Shown: positions 22,696 to 37,037, counted from the first letter of the stretch. The stretch is DNA of 64,000 nt from Mytilus californianus (GCF_021869535.1 NW_026262712.1:89466001-89530000); one strand, 5' to 3'. Made by a program: numbers and translations. The notes: generated by a model from the sequence alone, not told the origin.

Positions 22696-25600
22696 ACAGT
22701 ATACGGATAATTAATCATAATGATAATGATCATAATTACGCGTGTTACCTGTATGAATGATTGTATGCATATATAGGTCGTTTTGGTATTTTCGTCTTCA
22801 CCCGTTGTTTTCCCTTCCAAATAGTGACTGAATAAAAATTCGGCTCATCCAACTTTTTGTACTCCTTGTTAGAAATGGGGAAATTTACAAAATGTAGCAA
22901 AAGAAAAAAAATCCGCATTTAAACGTTATCAAGTTTTTTATTGCCTACTTGTACATTGATTCATTTCTTAAAATATCGTAATAAATTTCTCAAGACTGAT
23001 TGAAGAACTATTTATTCTATCCTTTGACTTATAAAGTTGAGCTGTTAAAGCTTGCATGTTGTAACTGAAATAAATGGGGGTAATGCTTGAGGCAGTTATC
23101 AATTGGCTTTTAATACTGACAATCCATTAGAGAAACTTCAGTTCCACAGATTCACATATAATATGATTAATAATGATAGTGAAGTATTTGATTGGACCAT
23201 TTATTAATCGTTAATATACTTTTATAGTATAATTTCATATGGGCAGTTACATTTCGACATTATATTGAGTGATTTTGTTCCCCCACCCCATGAAAGCTTT
23301 TTTTTTTGTCTTAACAAACAATTTTTATACTTTTTGCGTTAACGTTTGTCTTACCTAATTAATACAAAAATAGTCTAAGCATATCAAGTTTAGTTTAAAC
23401 ATATTTTATTTGTATAAACACAAATTGAATAAGACACAAGTCAAACAGATTTATGAAGTCTCCTCTATTTAACATATTTAAAAATACAATATATAAGAAC
23501 ATGCAGACATTACATTTGTATAAACTGGACAAAAAATTCAGTGGCACAAAAAAATTATAGAACACAATAAACAACAAGGAAATAAATTAATAAGAAAACA
23601 AACAAACAAACAAAAAAAAAAACAACTGAACTTAGATGATGATGTGTGTGTGGTCATGTTTTAAATACTATCTAAACAATAAGGAATCTATTCGCATATT
23701 TAGTTAATTTAGTTCAGACATGATAATAGATCAATACAATACGGTGTCGATCTATTTTGCTGTTGTTTTATGAAAAACAATGCATGCTTCATCAATCTAA
23801 AAAGAATGGGAAAATAATTCGCAGTTCTGAAGCAACTTATTCCCTCCAAATAAAATATTTCCTTGAATTCATATTAAGTTACAGTATTTCACAGAGAATT
23901 AACTTTCAAATCAGAAAGAAATCAGAGGAAAATGGGTTTTTTGGTTCAGAACCATGGCAACATGGTAATGACTTTTCTCTGTGAATAAAGAAAGGGTTCG
24001 TGAATTTGTTGATACACTGGCTTTTAATCAGTAAAATGCTGTTTATTTCTTGAAGTAATACTTTCAGTGTTCAATGGTAAATGGGTTTCAAATTTGAGTT
24101 AATTTTATCTTATTAGTTGCACTTGGAGCTTTGATTTCTATTGATTTGCTATGTCAATTTTTTACGTTATCGTTACATATTCGGGGTTAATCATCAGTCA
24201 ATCAATAAATATGTTATACGCGATGACATGCATGATACATGCTGGGGAGGATACATGTATATCAACCTAAAATGTAATAAACAATCGATTAATCAATCAA
24301 CTAAAATAAACTGAAAGTATTCGTAATATATTAAATAAATTTATATAACTAAACAATATGAATTATTTTTAATAATCCCTAAAAGCAAACCCAACAGTTT
24401 ATATCTGTCAGTTTTAAAAAAAAATGCTTAAAGGTGCATGTATCGTTATTGAAGCACTACCACATGAAGTGAGCGTTAACAGAAATCATTGAAAATTCTT
24501 TATTTGTCTTCATTTGTCCCGTTCTGTTTATGACATCCTTGGCATCAAAGCTTTGAGACGCCCTTTTTTTTACGTTATCGTGTATTTTCAGAAGTCGATC
24601 TTTACTCGTTCATTAAGTTTATTTTGCCAGAAATGCATACTGCCCTTGATCTAAATTATTCGATTTATTATAGAGCGCCTTTTTGGATGTTCTAATAACC
24701 CAACAAAATTGGTTTTTACAAGTACAAGAAGATTTATTTTCCAATTAATTGTCTTAAAAGGCATTAAGATTTGACATGACAATTACATCAATAATTGGAT
24801 AACTTTTTTTTAATTTTTAAATTAATAAGTATTCCAGAAAATGATGTACAATTTTATCACTAGGCTAAACGTAGGTCAGCTAAATAACTGAATAAATCTC
24901 TGGGTGTCCATCTAAAGTAAGCAAAAACAGACCTATATATTCATGACAGGAAGAGTTCTGCATACTCTTCGTATTTCATATACTGATAAATTATGATTAC
25001 TTTACCAATAAAACATCAGTAGTCTATTATCATATACGATTGATGTTATAGATGATAACAGTTATCATTATTATTTACCAAATTGATTTTAATCCATGCT
25101 TTAAATACACAAACTGACATGCCTGTAGCGCCAGGTGTTAACTACGTTAATATTGATGAATCTTTATTCAATATTTTATTCTCTTTTGCAAAAAGTAAAT
25201 ATTAGCGAGTATTTTTTTAAAGTTGATTTCAGTTTAATATTGTTTCAATAAACGATGTAATCATTACAAGTCGCTCAAGAAGATTTCTGTGACCAGGTTA
25301 TATGCTTTTTGCATTTTAATGCAAATTCCAGACTTAATCGGGCACCTGCTTGGTGAAAAGGAGTAATAGACGATAACTGGTCTTCTCGTTAAAAATACTA
25401 CTTCAACTCTTGTGTTCGTTACACCCCAAGCGTCATCCTACCTGCGAAGTGAAAATTTAATAGGTTTTACAACTTTATTAAAATGTGTTTTATTTACTAA
25501 AATGAAATTTTAGAGGATATTTAGATTTTGTGGGCGGGAACACATGAGGACTTAAACATTTAAATATGGATCGAAAATATATCATGTTTAATGGTTTACG

Positions 25601-26074
25601 TGGTTTACTAAGCTTTCTACAGTTTTGAAACATATATGATTACTTGGATCCTTTAAAAAAAGATTGTACATTAGGTGAGTACATAGTTTTATATCATTGC
25701 ATGTAAAGTCTTTTACAAATTATCTAGAGACTCGGGGCAAATCGAACTGGTTCCATCAATTTTTAGTGTTGACACACAGTCTTCGTTAAAAGGACATTGT
25801 TTACTAATATGTTATTATACAAGTAAATTTGTTATGTAAATAGCAAATAAATCCAATAAATAAACATGTAAATTGTACATGGTTCGTCATTAATAAGTAG
25901 GAATACAAGTTCTGTGTGTATACATAAATTCCCAATTGGTCATTGGTTACGTTAAGAAGATGATATATGTCTTATGTTATTAGTGTAAAGTTACTCACGA
26001 GGAGGGTGATACGGGTTTCAATTTCGCTCCTTTTGCGATCTATGCTGTACCATTACCTTGTGTGTGTTGAGGTT

Positions 26075-26098
26075 GGGTGGGTGGGGGTGGGGGTGGGG
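26075..26098 (+). other. Potential G-quadruplex (five G-tracts, 1-nt loops)
   Basis: GGGTGGGTGGGGGTGGGGGTGGGG. Confidence 0.6.
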
Positions 26099-27802
26099 TT
26101 CTTTACAGTTTCTGTACAAATGTTGGACTTTAGCAATTTCCATTCACTAAGATATGGCCTATTGATTTGTTTTTGGTTATTATGGTATATGATTGGTAAT
26201 TTTTATATTTCTAAACTATGCACGAGGGTATTCTATTGCATATATTTCATTAATTAACTATTATGGGTTGATGTCTGTAATGGGAACACGGACAATTATG
26301 AATATCTTGAGAATCGAAGAAAATCTTTCATAAATTCAAATAAGAGTTCGTATGAAATAGTTTTCCGCCGTCTCAAATTGGTCAAATGGTTATCTTATAC
26401 TTACACACTAGGAATGTTGCATACAGAAGGAAATCTACAGGGGCCAATTTCACAAAAATAATCTTAATATCGAGGATCATCTTAAGATCATCTTATCTGC
26501 TGAGAGTGTATTGGATAGCCCTTAATATCCAATTTGCACACGGTGCTAAAGGGTATTCTTATCATTCCTGTAGTTCTCTATCTTGATTTTTATCTTATCG
26601 ACTGGGTACCTCAAACACTAATCTAAGTATACTCTGAGCATGTTTTAAGTATATCAAATTTTTTTATACTTATTATTAAGACGAAATTCTAAGACTTGTC
26701 ATGAGTACCATTATCGTCCTGTTCGTCCAGAAAAATTCACATACATGTACATGTATTTCTTCTTGTCTTCATGTATGACAAAGAAACCGAAATGAGTAAT
26801 ATTCAAAAAGGTTTAGGAGTCTGCCTAGACATCAGGTTTAAGTGTAATATACCAATTCCATGTCTAGTTTGAGTCTCGAGTTCGAACTTTGTGGTCAAGT
26901 TAAAGATCAGACCTGGCCTTTTGAAATTGATATAATACTATTTTTTCAGATATCAAACGTCGATTTCAAACTTAAAATATCTTCCGCCTATTTTTATATA
27001 GTTGGGTTGCTGTATAATTGTTGTTAATTCTGTATTTTCTATGATTCATATAGATATGTAATCGGATTTATTTTATTTAAATAAACGTTATATTAAAACA
27101 GATGATCGTTTGTTGACCTCTAAATTTGTTTAGGTGTATCGTTGGTCTGCTTTTTCAATGAACTTTTATTCTTTATCAGCTTTTATTTATATACAATTTT
27201 TTTTTTACAAAACGTTGCAAGCATTGATAGGTTCCGTCTTGAATTTGTGAGTGAAACATGCAATAACCATGTTAATATTTGAAGGGAGTCGTTGTTTATG
27301 TACGTAGACAATCACTGTGGTCCAGTATCTTAATTGATACTCACTTTAACGTTATGTGTGCGAGTTAGAAAACACGTAAATTCGACCACAATTCATGTAT
27401 CAAAATCGCTTGAAAACGCATTTTACTTCTTTGTTACTACATGTATTGTGATACCATAGATCTTGAACTACATGTTTTAAAACTAAGCCAAACAATATCA
27501 AGTTTGATCCAAAGTTATCACAACTTTAGCTTCAAAAACGTAAAAGAACCACTTGAATAAATACAATTACCACAACAATATGTTTTCAATATACTGTAGA
27601 TGTTGTGAAATATCAGCCGCTCGATTAAAAAGAAATTATATGTTGAATATGGAATATTTATATGTTGGTTGGGTGTTTTTGAATATTTAGTAAAATAAAA
27701 TGAAGTGACTATTAATTTGTAACTTCTAGTCCATTTGAAATTGTGCTAATTTTTACAGATAAAGCAATGCATATGCGATAATTATGATATTTAGTAAAAA
27801 CC

Positions 27803-27815
27803 GTTGCTAGGAAAC
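27803..27815. promoter_or_regulatory. RFX X-box-like motif
   Basis: GTTGCTAGGAAAC resembles the GTTNCC/T-(N)-RGNAAC consensus. Motif match only. Confidence 0.25.
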
Positions 27816-29728
27816 CGGAATATAATAAAATCATTATTTGTTCAAGATACTATACAAAGGCCATCACTGATATAAATATAAACTTATTTAAAGTGGGGGA
27901 CAAAAAGGTCCCTTATCATACCTTGTCCTTTATAATTTGCAATAATGCATAAAAATATGTAAATCGCTAAATGACTAGATGCCAGTAAGTTTATTTTCAA
28001 AGCTTACAATGGGACATTAGCTGCCCACCGAATTGATCCAAACTCCCAAATTTGATTTAATACATACCAAAGGTTACTAAAACGCTATTCAGAACTACAA
28101 AATGTGCATGGAATACAAAACACAATGTCTGCAATCGATATAAAGTATCAACTGTTCATGTGTATTCCTCATTGGACACCATCGACATGACCCACGAATA
28201 TTGTCGATGGGCATGCGACCCCGTTACAATTATAATGTAAACAAAAAGGTAATAATGAATAACAAATAGCCAGGTAAGCACGTGCAACCGTATAAGGTTT
28301 TTTTTAGTTCTGTTTGTTCTCCTTTTATAGGTAAAAACATATGCGCTAAATGTAAATCGTTTATATACATATAACCTGTTTTAAGACTTATTTTATGCGA
28401 GTTGAATCAATCAACGAAATGTGTCTAGCTGTTGCTGCCTTTCCTAATTTCACTTTTCAGATTACATTCCTTTCAACCACGTGCTTGGCTCATGCGCAAC
28501 CCATCTCCATCAAAGGTTAAATAGAGCTTATACTTACATTTTAACGAAAGGTACGAACGAACGTAAAGGGGAGCATGTATAACATTCCCACAATAACACT
28601 GGCAGTCTTATGTGTTATCCGGTAAAACCGCATTCTCTTCCCAATCAAAGGTATATCTTTAAAAATATAAGCATATCGCAAATAAAACGCGCATTAATTT
28701 TAATATATGAAAATAAAGAAAAAATAGTTTAAAAAAAAACTTAGGTCCATTACGTTGCTTATATTAATTACGATTACACACATTAGCGCGGTAATTGTTC
28801 ATGCATGCTTTTTAAATGTTTAAATTTTTAACATTTTAATGAAATTCTTGAAGTATGATACTCAATAATGAACGACACAATTCGTAATTATTTTTATTTA
28901 TCAATGACTTTGTCATTATCAAATTGTCAACGTTGATCATCAATATGTGCCAGACAAGGATGCAACAATGTATGGAAAAAAAACAAACAAACTGAAAGAC
29001 GGAAAAAATCGCGATTTTTTGTGAAGTTGTGTTTATTAATTTAAAGGTCAAATGTTAACAAAAAACGAGTTAACACGTGAAATCCCGTGTCGATTCCAAT
29101 AAACACACACACACACACCCTCACAAACAGATTTGATTTAGATATTAAGGACAAATGTCAACGATACAACAGCCAACCAAAACATGGATGATCATCACCA
29201 CCAACCTAAATAGAGTTCAATCATATTAAGGCAAGGGGACGACCATTTGTTTCTTGGGGCAGAGGGGGAGGATGATTTTGAAAATGAGTAACTTGCATTG
29301 ACCTTATAAGAACTGAAAGATAAATGATTTCGCATAAGACAGAATGAAAATGAATGTTCTGCAACATGAAATGCAGGATAAATGAGGATACAAATGTGTA
29401 CAAAATTAACAAAATAAACATGCATAGCAATATATGAAAATAAACGATCAATCCGGAAAGAATCCTCAAGAAAATGCATGAACAATATTGCACTACATAT
29501 ATTCTTAATTTCAATACTGATGATTTAACTTTAAACACGCTTAGAAGCAAACGCAATTACGCGCTGAAAATAAGATTCCGTAGGTAAACTTAATGGCTAG
29601 TGTGTATATACTCAACACAAGGCGACAAGCGGTATTACCCATTAATGGGGGAGTGTTCGAGGAATCTCCATAAAAGTTATTAAACGAGACCCATAACATT
29701 TTGGGGTCATTTTTCAATTTCGTTTTTT

Positions 29729-29750
29729 GGGGGTTGGGGTGGGGTGGGGG
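29729..29750 (+). other. Potential G-quadruplex
   Basis: GGGGGTTGGGGTGGGGTGGGGG. Confidence 0.6.
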
Positions 29751-30437
29751 TTGCAAAAAATGAATTTATTATAAATTAGGAAGTAAAGTTTTGGGTTTTT
29801 TGGGGGCGGGAAATATACTTGCCTAGTATTTTCTTACGTTAATTATTGCAAAGATGTATTTTTAATTTATTTTGTTTTAGGGAAAAGGGGGAGGGGTGAG
29901 CTCAACCTTTTATTGTAATGGTATTTTTCTTCTTCTAACGAGGTCTTTGTTTAGCAAATGTTGGTGAGTTATCGCCTTCCTGTGGTGGTATATTTTTACC
30001 TCGTATGTTTCGAATATTCGTATGTCCAACGAAAATTCAAGTTTGACCTGTGTCGTTGCATGCAGTATAATGGTCTCTGTAAGGCAAACATTGAGATAAA
30101 ACGCCAGCTAAGTCCCATGACAACCTTGATTATGATTACATAGATATGTCATATTTTGAACAGTAAAAATAGAGGATCCCTCAACCGGGTCTTACGTATG
30201 ATTCGTCAACCGCCTGTACATTTCGTCAAATTGTCAGAAAGCTCTTATACAACGCCGCTTTAATAAATGTTTGAAACCAAAAACAAAAAACAAAAAAATC
30301 ACATTTTACGTTTTTTCTAAATCATAGCTAATGCCAATTTAAACTACACAAATGTACTTAAAATTCAAACACTTTTAAAAATTCATCAAGTTTCCAATTA
30401 TGAACCTTGGAGTGGAACAAATTAAAAACATACATTT

Positions 30438-30482
30438 TGAGAGTTGTCTCATTGGCACTCATACCACATCTTCTTATATCTA
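30438..30482. mobile_element. Family A terminal fragment
   Basis: GAGAGTTGTCTCATTGGCACTCATACCACATCTTCTTATATCTA. Confidence 0.85.
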
Positions 30483-32861
30483 ACGACTGTAAACCTATCT
30501 GCATATCAGAAAATATCCTACGTGCACCAAGGAAACGTATATATCAGAAAACTTTTCCATGATTTTTAAAATGCAGCAACTTTTTAACTGCAGTGATAAT
30601 CAGTTTTCACGATCTCACTATACATTGTCAATCTAATATTATTAAACAACAAGACACATGTTGGCTAAACGTAAATGTCAAAGAAACGTGACTAATTCGT
30701 TCAGCTGAATCCTCAATGACATTAATCCCACAAAGACGAAACAAATTGTTCGTATTGAAAGCTAAACGAAGATCAGGGCATTATTTAGATTGAAAACAAA
30801 TTACGCAACTTTCAAGGAACTAATCTATTTAGTCTAACATTTATTGAATATGCAATCAGAATATAACTAGTTCTAAAAATGAAAATAACACCTAGTCTAT
30901 AGTCTTTATAAATGTGGTGCGTCCGGAGCACATTTCTAAGTTTTCCTTTAACAGGAATGCTCAAACCCATTACAACAACAAAAAAACGAAAGCCAAAGAT
31001 ACTTGTATCCCTCTTGAGGAGCTATCTGACCAAAATATAAAAGAAGGTGTGTTCACGCATAGCCAAACCTACTCTTCACAGTTTACTAGATTTTGCAAAT
31101 AAAGTCACATTAAAATGAAATAACACATTGAAACATAGTTTGTATATAAAGACATTTGTTATTAAAACCTGCCTTCCTTAAATTGTCTTTCGATCGATCG
31201 TGAGTTTGTAAGTAACAGCTGAAGCTTCATTTTCACGACATTTATAATGAAGACCATAGTTTATTACACTATTACGCAACGCAACGCAAAAAAAAAAAAA
31301 GAAATCAAAGAAAATTAAATAAAATTTATTTACGGACCCTGTCAATTTTTGTCAATCTCCATTATCAACATAAAACAACCAGTTTTCCTATAAAAATGTC
31401 AACTGAGACATTAATTGCAAAAGAAATGCAACATAATTCAATTGAACTTCAGAAAACTGTTGTCGTGTCAAATGACGTGGACTGCCTGTCGGTTTATTTG
31501 CTCAAGTTTGACACATTATTTTATAATTTTGCAGACGTTCAATTTCTATACAACAATTTGATAGTGAAATAAAAATCGCTAATATAAATTGGAATAAGAA
31601 TTTAAAATCTTGTATATACCTTTCTGCACTGTATTAAAGTTGAAAGTTGAAGGACTTATTGAGCTTGAAAGGCAACGTGATTACGTGTGGTTTGGGTTCG
31701 TTCAATACACAACATGCATTTATATAAATCATTTGGTAAATTTTAATTAATCTACTCCGAAGTTTTATAACTACTCTGTCATGTGCGAAAACAATGTGAA
31801 AATATCTGCAGGCATGTTTGAGTTTAACCTGTTGAAGTTTGAGGATACCATAAAGAAATTAAATGCGAAAAAGGTTAGTTTGAACGTCTATTTTTTTCGC
31901 ATTTATGCTTAGTATATTTCACTTATTTTGCTTGTTGATTGTTTTATATTTTTCCGGGGGTCTAAATTGGTGAATCGAAGTGCCTCAACTTTATTAATTT
32001 TGCTTTCTCATATTGCATGAAACCAGATATATTTACCTTTGAGAGCTCAGTGCTTAGGAGTAGATTTTTCCTATCGCTATAGACAGAATTAATAAATATA
32101 CTTATTAATACGTTTACAACACAATTTTCTTGTACCTGTGCAAATCTGAAAATCAGAATATGGAGAGAAGAGTCGATTGAAATTCCGAGTAAAATAGGAC
32201 CAATATATTTTGAATCCGTGTATGATTATGTGTTTATTTGATTATTTAATTGCCTCCAATGTTGATTTTGTTATCCTTATCGTATAACGTTTACAACTGA
32301 CACCGTTGGCAGGTTGAACATTGATACAATAGATATAAATTCTTAATCAAATATTTGCTCATTTGTATCACTGTTAATTGCTTACATGTACGCAGTTTCA
32401 GGATCCAAACAAACGAACTCTCATATTAGATCATATTTAATTGAAAACTCTGGAGTAAAAATGCCCAAACTGAAGTAGTGTCTGATTTGTGTAAATCAAA
32501 AGAATACATGCAATTCGTTTAAGCGGTAAGTCGAAATTGTAGTATGGTCAATTTCCATTGTATCTATTTCTCTTTCAGGGTCAAAATCAAAATGTTGTTG
32601 AAACTTACGGAGCTCGATTATTAAAGAGACTAAATAATATTATATATGAATTTTTCAATGCTTTTACGTTTCGATCCGTAGGTAACAAGGGATAAACATT
32701 GTTGTGATACGTACGTAACAAGGGATAAACATTGATGTGGACAACTTTGATACAATATTGCAATTGTATGTTTTTGTAAAATTTTGCATCGAAAGACACT
32801 ATTTGCCAAAATAAAATGTAATTAGATATCCTGTTTATATCATGCTTTACCATACAATAGG

Positions 32862-33029
32862 GTCTGAACTAGTATACATTATTGTTTAGGGACCAGCTGA
32901 AGCCCGCTTTCGGGTGCGGGATTTTCTCGCTGTGCTGAAGACTAATTGGTGGCCTTGGTCTTTTGTATGCTCTTTGGTCTGGTTGTTGTCTCTTTGACAC
33001 ATTCCCCGTTTCTGTTCTTCAATTTTATT
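32862..33029. mobile_element. Family D copy (diverged)
   Basis: TGAACTAGTATAC...GGGACCAGCTGAAGCCCGCTTTCGGGTGCGGGATTTTCTCGCTG...TCAATTTTATT. Confidence 0.85.
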
Positions 33030-34324
33030 TTTTTTTTGCTATTTACAATTACATTTATGGCAACATGGTGTAAATATTATTTTAAGAATATGTCTGAAAA
33101 AGGAAGAGTACAACACATACTGCGATGCAGTCGATAAAAGAATGAAGAAAATGTGTGTTCAGTCACAGTGGTAATTAATGCGCAGAATTATTTCATCACA
33201 ATGGAAATCATTGTATCGCCAAACAAATTGGACATATTTATAAAAAAACAAAGCAAATCCCTTACGATAATGATTGTAATGAAATTTCCAAACGGCGCGG
33301 TATATGATTATTCATTATTATGTGGAAGATATATGTGAATTATAAACGAAAACAAAATACAAATTGTAGATATACAATTATAAAGTTGATTCAGTAACAA
33401 ATGTGCTATGATTTGTGAAATACAGGTACATTGTATGTGTACATGCTTACATTTAAATCATCAGTAAAGTGTAAGTTCGGTGCAGAAAATATAAACCGCA
33501 ATTTAGTACATGCCTGTCAATCATAATTATCATGATACGAGTTTAAATAACCTAATCTTCATTATATATGAATGAAGCATACAGTGTTGACATGTATTAA
33601 TCATCTTTAAAGATGATGTAGTATTTTACAAGGTAATTGAAAGCTAAAGAAAACAAATACTGTATGTTCATATTGTTTGCCAAATATACATGTACATAAG
33701 TTAAACTATAATATTGTTAAAATTTCGTACTGTCCTTGCTGAGAAAATAAAATAAGTACATTGTAGTTATATCTAAACAATTATTTAATTTTGGTTTTAT
33801 GGCCCCACCCTCCTCAGACATCGAGGTTCTGGATCCGCCCCTGTACTAATGTCAAGTGAAGTATGTTGCCCTAAAAATAGTCCGTTTGATTCAACCTCGA
33901 AGACACAAATATCCCCATGAAAATGATTCGTACAATCTTAAAGAAAGCAGGAAATAAAATAAAGGACTAAAGGATGTTCGCTCATCTGTTTCAACAAGCT
34001 TTTTAAAAGACTGTTATAGATTGATATTATATAGATAGCGGAACTTAAAAAGACATACAAAAATGAAAGGACTGTTTCCTTGTTTTTGAGATATAAGCCA
34101 TTGAATATTTCGCATACATTTAATATTGACACCTTTTTGTTAGTCGGCAATTTTTTTTATGGCACAACATGGATAAAACTAGAGCATTCCGAATATCTGA
34201 TATAAAGGTCAAAAACAAAAGTAGCGAACATCTTTAAACTTAGCTTAACATATAACCACAGGTTGGTGCATATTATTGATTTAGTTTGATCACCACCGCA
34301 TCAGCACACATGAGTTACAATATA

Positions 34325-34465
34325 AAAAATAAGTAAATGTGGTATGATTGCCAATGAGACAACTATCCACCAAAGTTCAAGTGATGTGGTGCAAGCATTT
34401 ATAGGCAACCGTACGGCCGTCGACAATGAGAAATCCCCAACCCGTATCGTCGGCTATAAAAGGCT
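34325..34465. mobile_element. Family A copy
   Basis: AAATGTGGTATGATTGCCAATGAGACAACTATCCACCAAAGTTCAA...CGTACGGCCGTCGACAATGAG. Confidence 0.85.
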
Positions 34466-35177
34466 ATTTATAATGTCATTTATATATCGATTATCATCCC
34501 TAAATGTTCACTTCTCCTTTTTTCTTTCCTTTTTGAATCAAAATCAATATAATATTTATTATTTGGACATATGTGTGCAACATTGTACATATGATTACAT
34601 GTGTACCTGCATTTAAAATGATGTAAACATTAACAGAAAGAAACGGATGTTTTTCCCGTGAGGTTGCTATATAATGGTCGTAAATAAATTATATATATAG
34701 TTTAACAGGGATATACTGGTCATTATGATAGATTGTTATATCAATGCAACTCTTTGGAGGAAACATATTTAATCAATCATTTTCAATGCACACACATGTA
34801 GAAACAAATGCAAGATGTACACTTTAAATCATATACATATGAAAACAGAGCTAAGAAGCAGAAAAATATTTTCGGGTATCACAATTTATGGGCAGTTGGT
34901 TGTTTAGTTATTTGAAATGGAGAAAGTGCATGAGTAGAACAAATGTGATTAACAATGTTAGAAGGGTGTCAATAAGATAATGCAAAGAAAATTTACATTA
35001 AACAAAAACATAGATATAACATAAATAGAAGATATCTACAATCTGCGTATGACTGTGTGTGTGTGTGTGTCCATAATTTCTAAGAGACAAACCTCACGTC
35101 GGTGACAAGTTTACATTGTGAAACAATAATGTATCAAAGAACAATCATTCTTCAAATTGATTACGCAGTATAGTTAT

Positions 35178-35303
35178 CAGTGGCGGATCCAGTCTTTTTG
35201 ACGATCAATGCATTTGAATGGGGACATATAGTTGGAATCCCCCTTTTATCCTGGGTTCGGAACCCCCCCCCCCCTCTTTTATAAATGGCTGGATCCGCCC
35301 CTG
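35178..35303. mobile_element. Complete 126-bp MITE with 15-bp TIRs and 5-bp flanking duplication
   Basis: CAGTGGCGGATCCAG...CTGGATCCGCCCCTG (1 mismatch), with GTTAT on both sides (35173-35177 and 35304-35308). Confidence 0.85.
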
Positions 35304-35864
35304 GTTATATACATTCACATTTTTCTAATTCAGACTAAGGGAATTCTATTGCATAATTATTTTTTTAGGTTAATCGCAATTCATATTGACTTAAAAGTGT
35401 TGGACGTTGGCTGGTTGTCTTACTGATAATCATACACATCTTATTTTCACGCAAAATGACGTGGAAAAACCATTATATATTTTTAAGACTATGCGGTTGT
35501 TTTTTTGACACATTATATAAAAGTCAAATATTAAGTAACCGTGAAGCGTAGGTCCGGAGTTGACTTGTTTTCAGATTTATTATTACGCAGAATAACCGAT
35601 GATATCTTAACATTTAACACTGTAAAACATTCTGAATTTCTTTATTTCAACAGCGATAGTATTTCTTTAATCGTTCAATTACAGAAATTTCTTAACCCAT
35701 TTTACTCTTTTGCAGAGAAAAAAAATGTTAAAAGTTTGGATAATCGATTATCAGGAGGAACAAGCTACATTAATTGGAAATAAATTCGACATTTAATGCC
35801 TCATCGTACGTTCTACACTTTCTGATTAAAATATAATGTTCTGAATTAGTAAAAACTATCTAGC

Positions 35865-36190
35865 TGAGAGGGGTCTCGCTGTAGCGCGCTTGTCTCGAAT
35901 CAGGAGGTCATGGGTTTAATCCCCGGTCGGATCAAGGCAAAGACTTGTATGTGCCGCGTTTCTGCTTAAACACATGGCATTTAGAAGTTAGAACCAAAGA
36001 CTGATCGCCTTTGAGTCAGAAATTTGTGTCAGGATAGGATGTCAGTCTACAGACTGATACCTTGTGACGTAGTACACTACAATCTAATTCAGTAAAGTTC
36101 AAATTAGGGTTCATTTTCAAATCACATTGACATGTTCTTGTTCTGATTATGCATGTAATAGTCGCCACTGGACGTTAAACAGCCATCCAT
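35865..36190 (+). mobile_element. Decayed tRNA-derived SINE (MetaSINE/MESC-like body)
   Basis: tRNA-like head (TAGCGCGCTTG...GGAGGTCATGGGTTTAATCCCCGGTCGGATCAA, B-box-like), body GCAAAGAC...AGAACCAAAGACTGATCGCC..GAGTCAG, and tail GGACGTTAAACAG. Confidence 0.6.
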
Positions 36191-37037
36191 TATCGTGGAA
36201 TTTTGAACTATTTGGCCGATGCATCTGTTTTATTCGATAAAAATAATTTTCCTTGAACCCTGTTTGTCAGTTTACTGTAAACATTGTGTATTTTAGAAAT
36301 TTGGATAGTTCTTCTTTCTTAAAAGATTTATGAACCGAAACCCCCATTATTGTATTTGTTGGCATTTTGACCTTGTATTTGTATTTACCAGTGAGATCTA
36401 TATGTTATGACCTGTGAAAAGATTATAGCCTTGTTAAACAAGAATGGAGGCATTGACTTCTAGGGATAAAGGACAATCATTCAAAGGAATAAATGAAAAA
36501 TAAAAATGTTACTTAACAACATATTATTGTAGAAAATGATCACACTGACTGTGTAAGACGTTACATACTAATGATAACATAATCAAACACTATAGCAGTT
36601 GATGTAACTGTAGTTCTGTGCCTTTCATTAGTTAAAACCTTGGATAAAGTTCTTTTATATACATAAAAAAAAAAAGATCGAACATGCATAAAAATTGTTT
36701 CACATTATTGTCATGTTGGTGCCTTTTACAGCTGATTATACGGCATGAAGTTTGTTCATTGTTGAAGGCCGCATGGTATCCCATAATTTCCTAAATTTCT
36801 GTCATTTCGACTATTTATTTTTTATGACTTTCATAAATCGAGAAAGGTTATAATTTTTAATTCAATAATTCAGATCATTATAATATTAAATAACACATTA
36901 CAATATTGAGCTTTTTGGATGTTTTTATATTTCATAATTCCTTAATATATTTGTGGAATTCCTATACATGTTCCAATGTTAGACGATAACATTGCCATAG
37001 TTACATGACGAGAAGGTCGTAAAGGTCAACCTGCTGA

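Noticed and set aside
25623-25674. Exon-like segment (ctttctacag ... TAG|GTGAGT)
   Set aside because: Non-coding in all frames and short. Splice-like motifs of this quality occur by chance.
1763-35070. Short microsatellites ((GA)n ~1765, (GATA)n ~10085, (AAAC)n ~23597, (CA)n ~29104, (TG)n ~35054)
   Set aside because: Real but short and ordinary.
35865-35935. Possible tRNA genes here and at 53350
   Set aside because: No complete cloverleaf or acceptor stem. Both run into SINE bodies.
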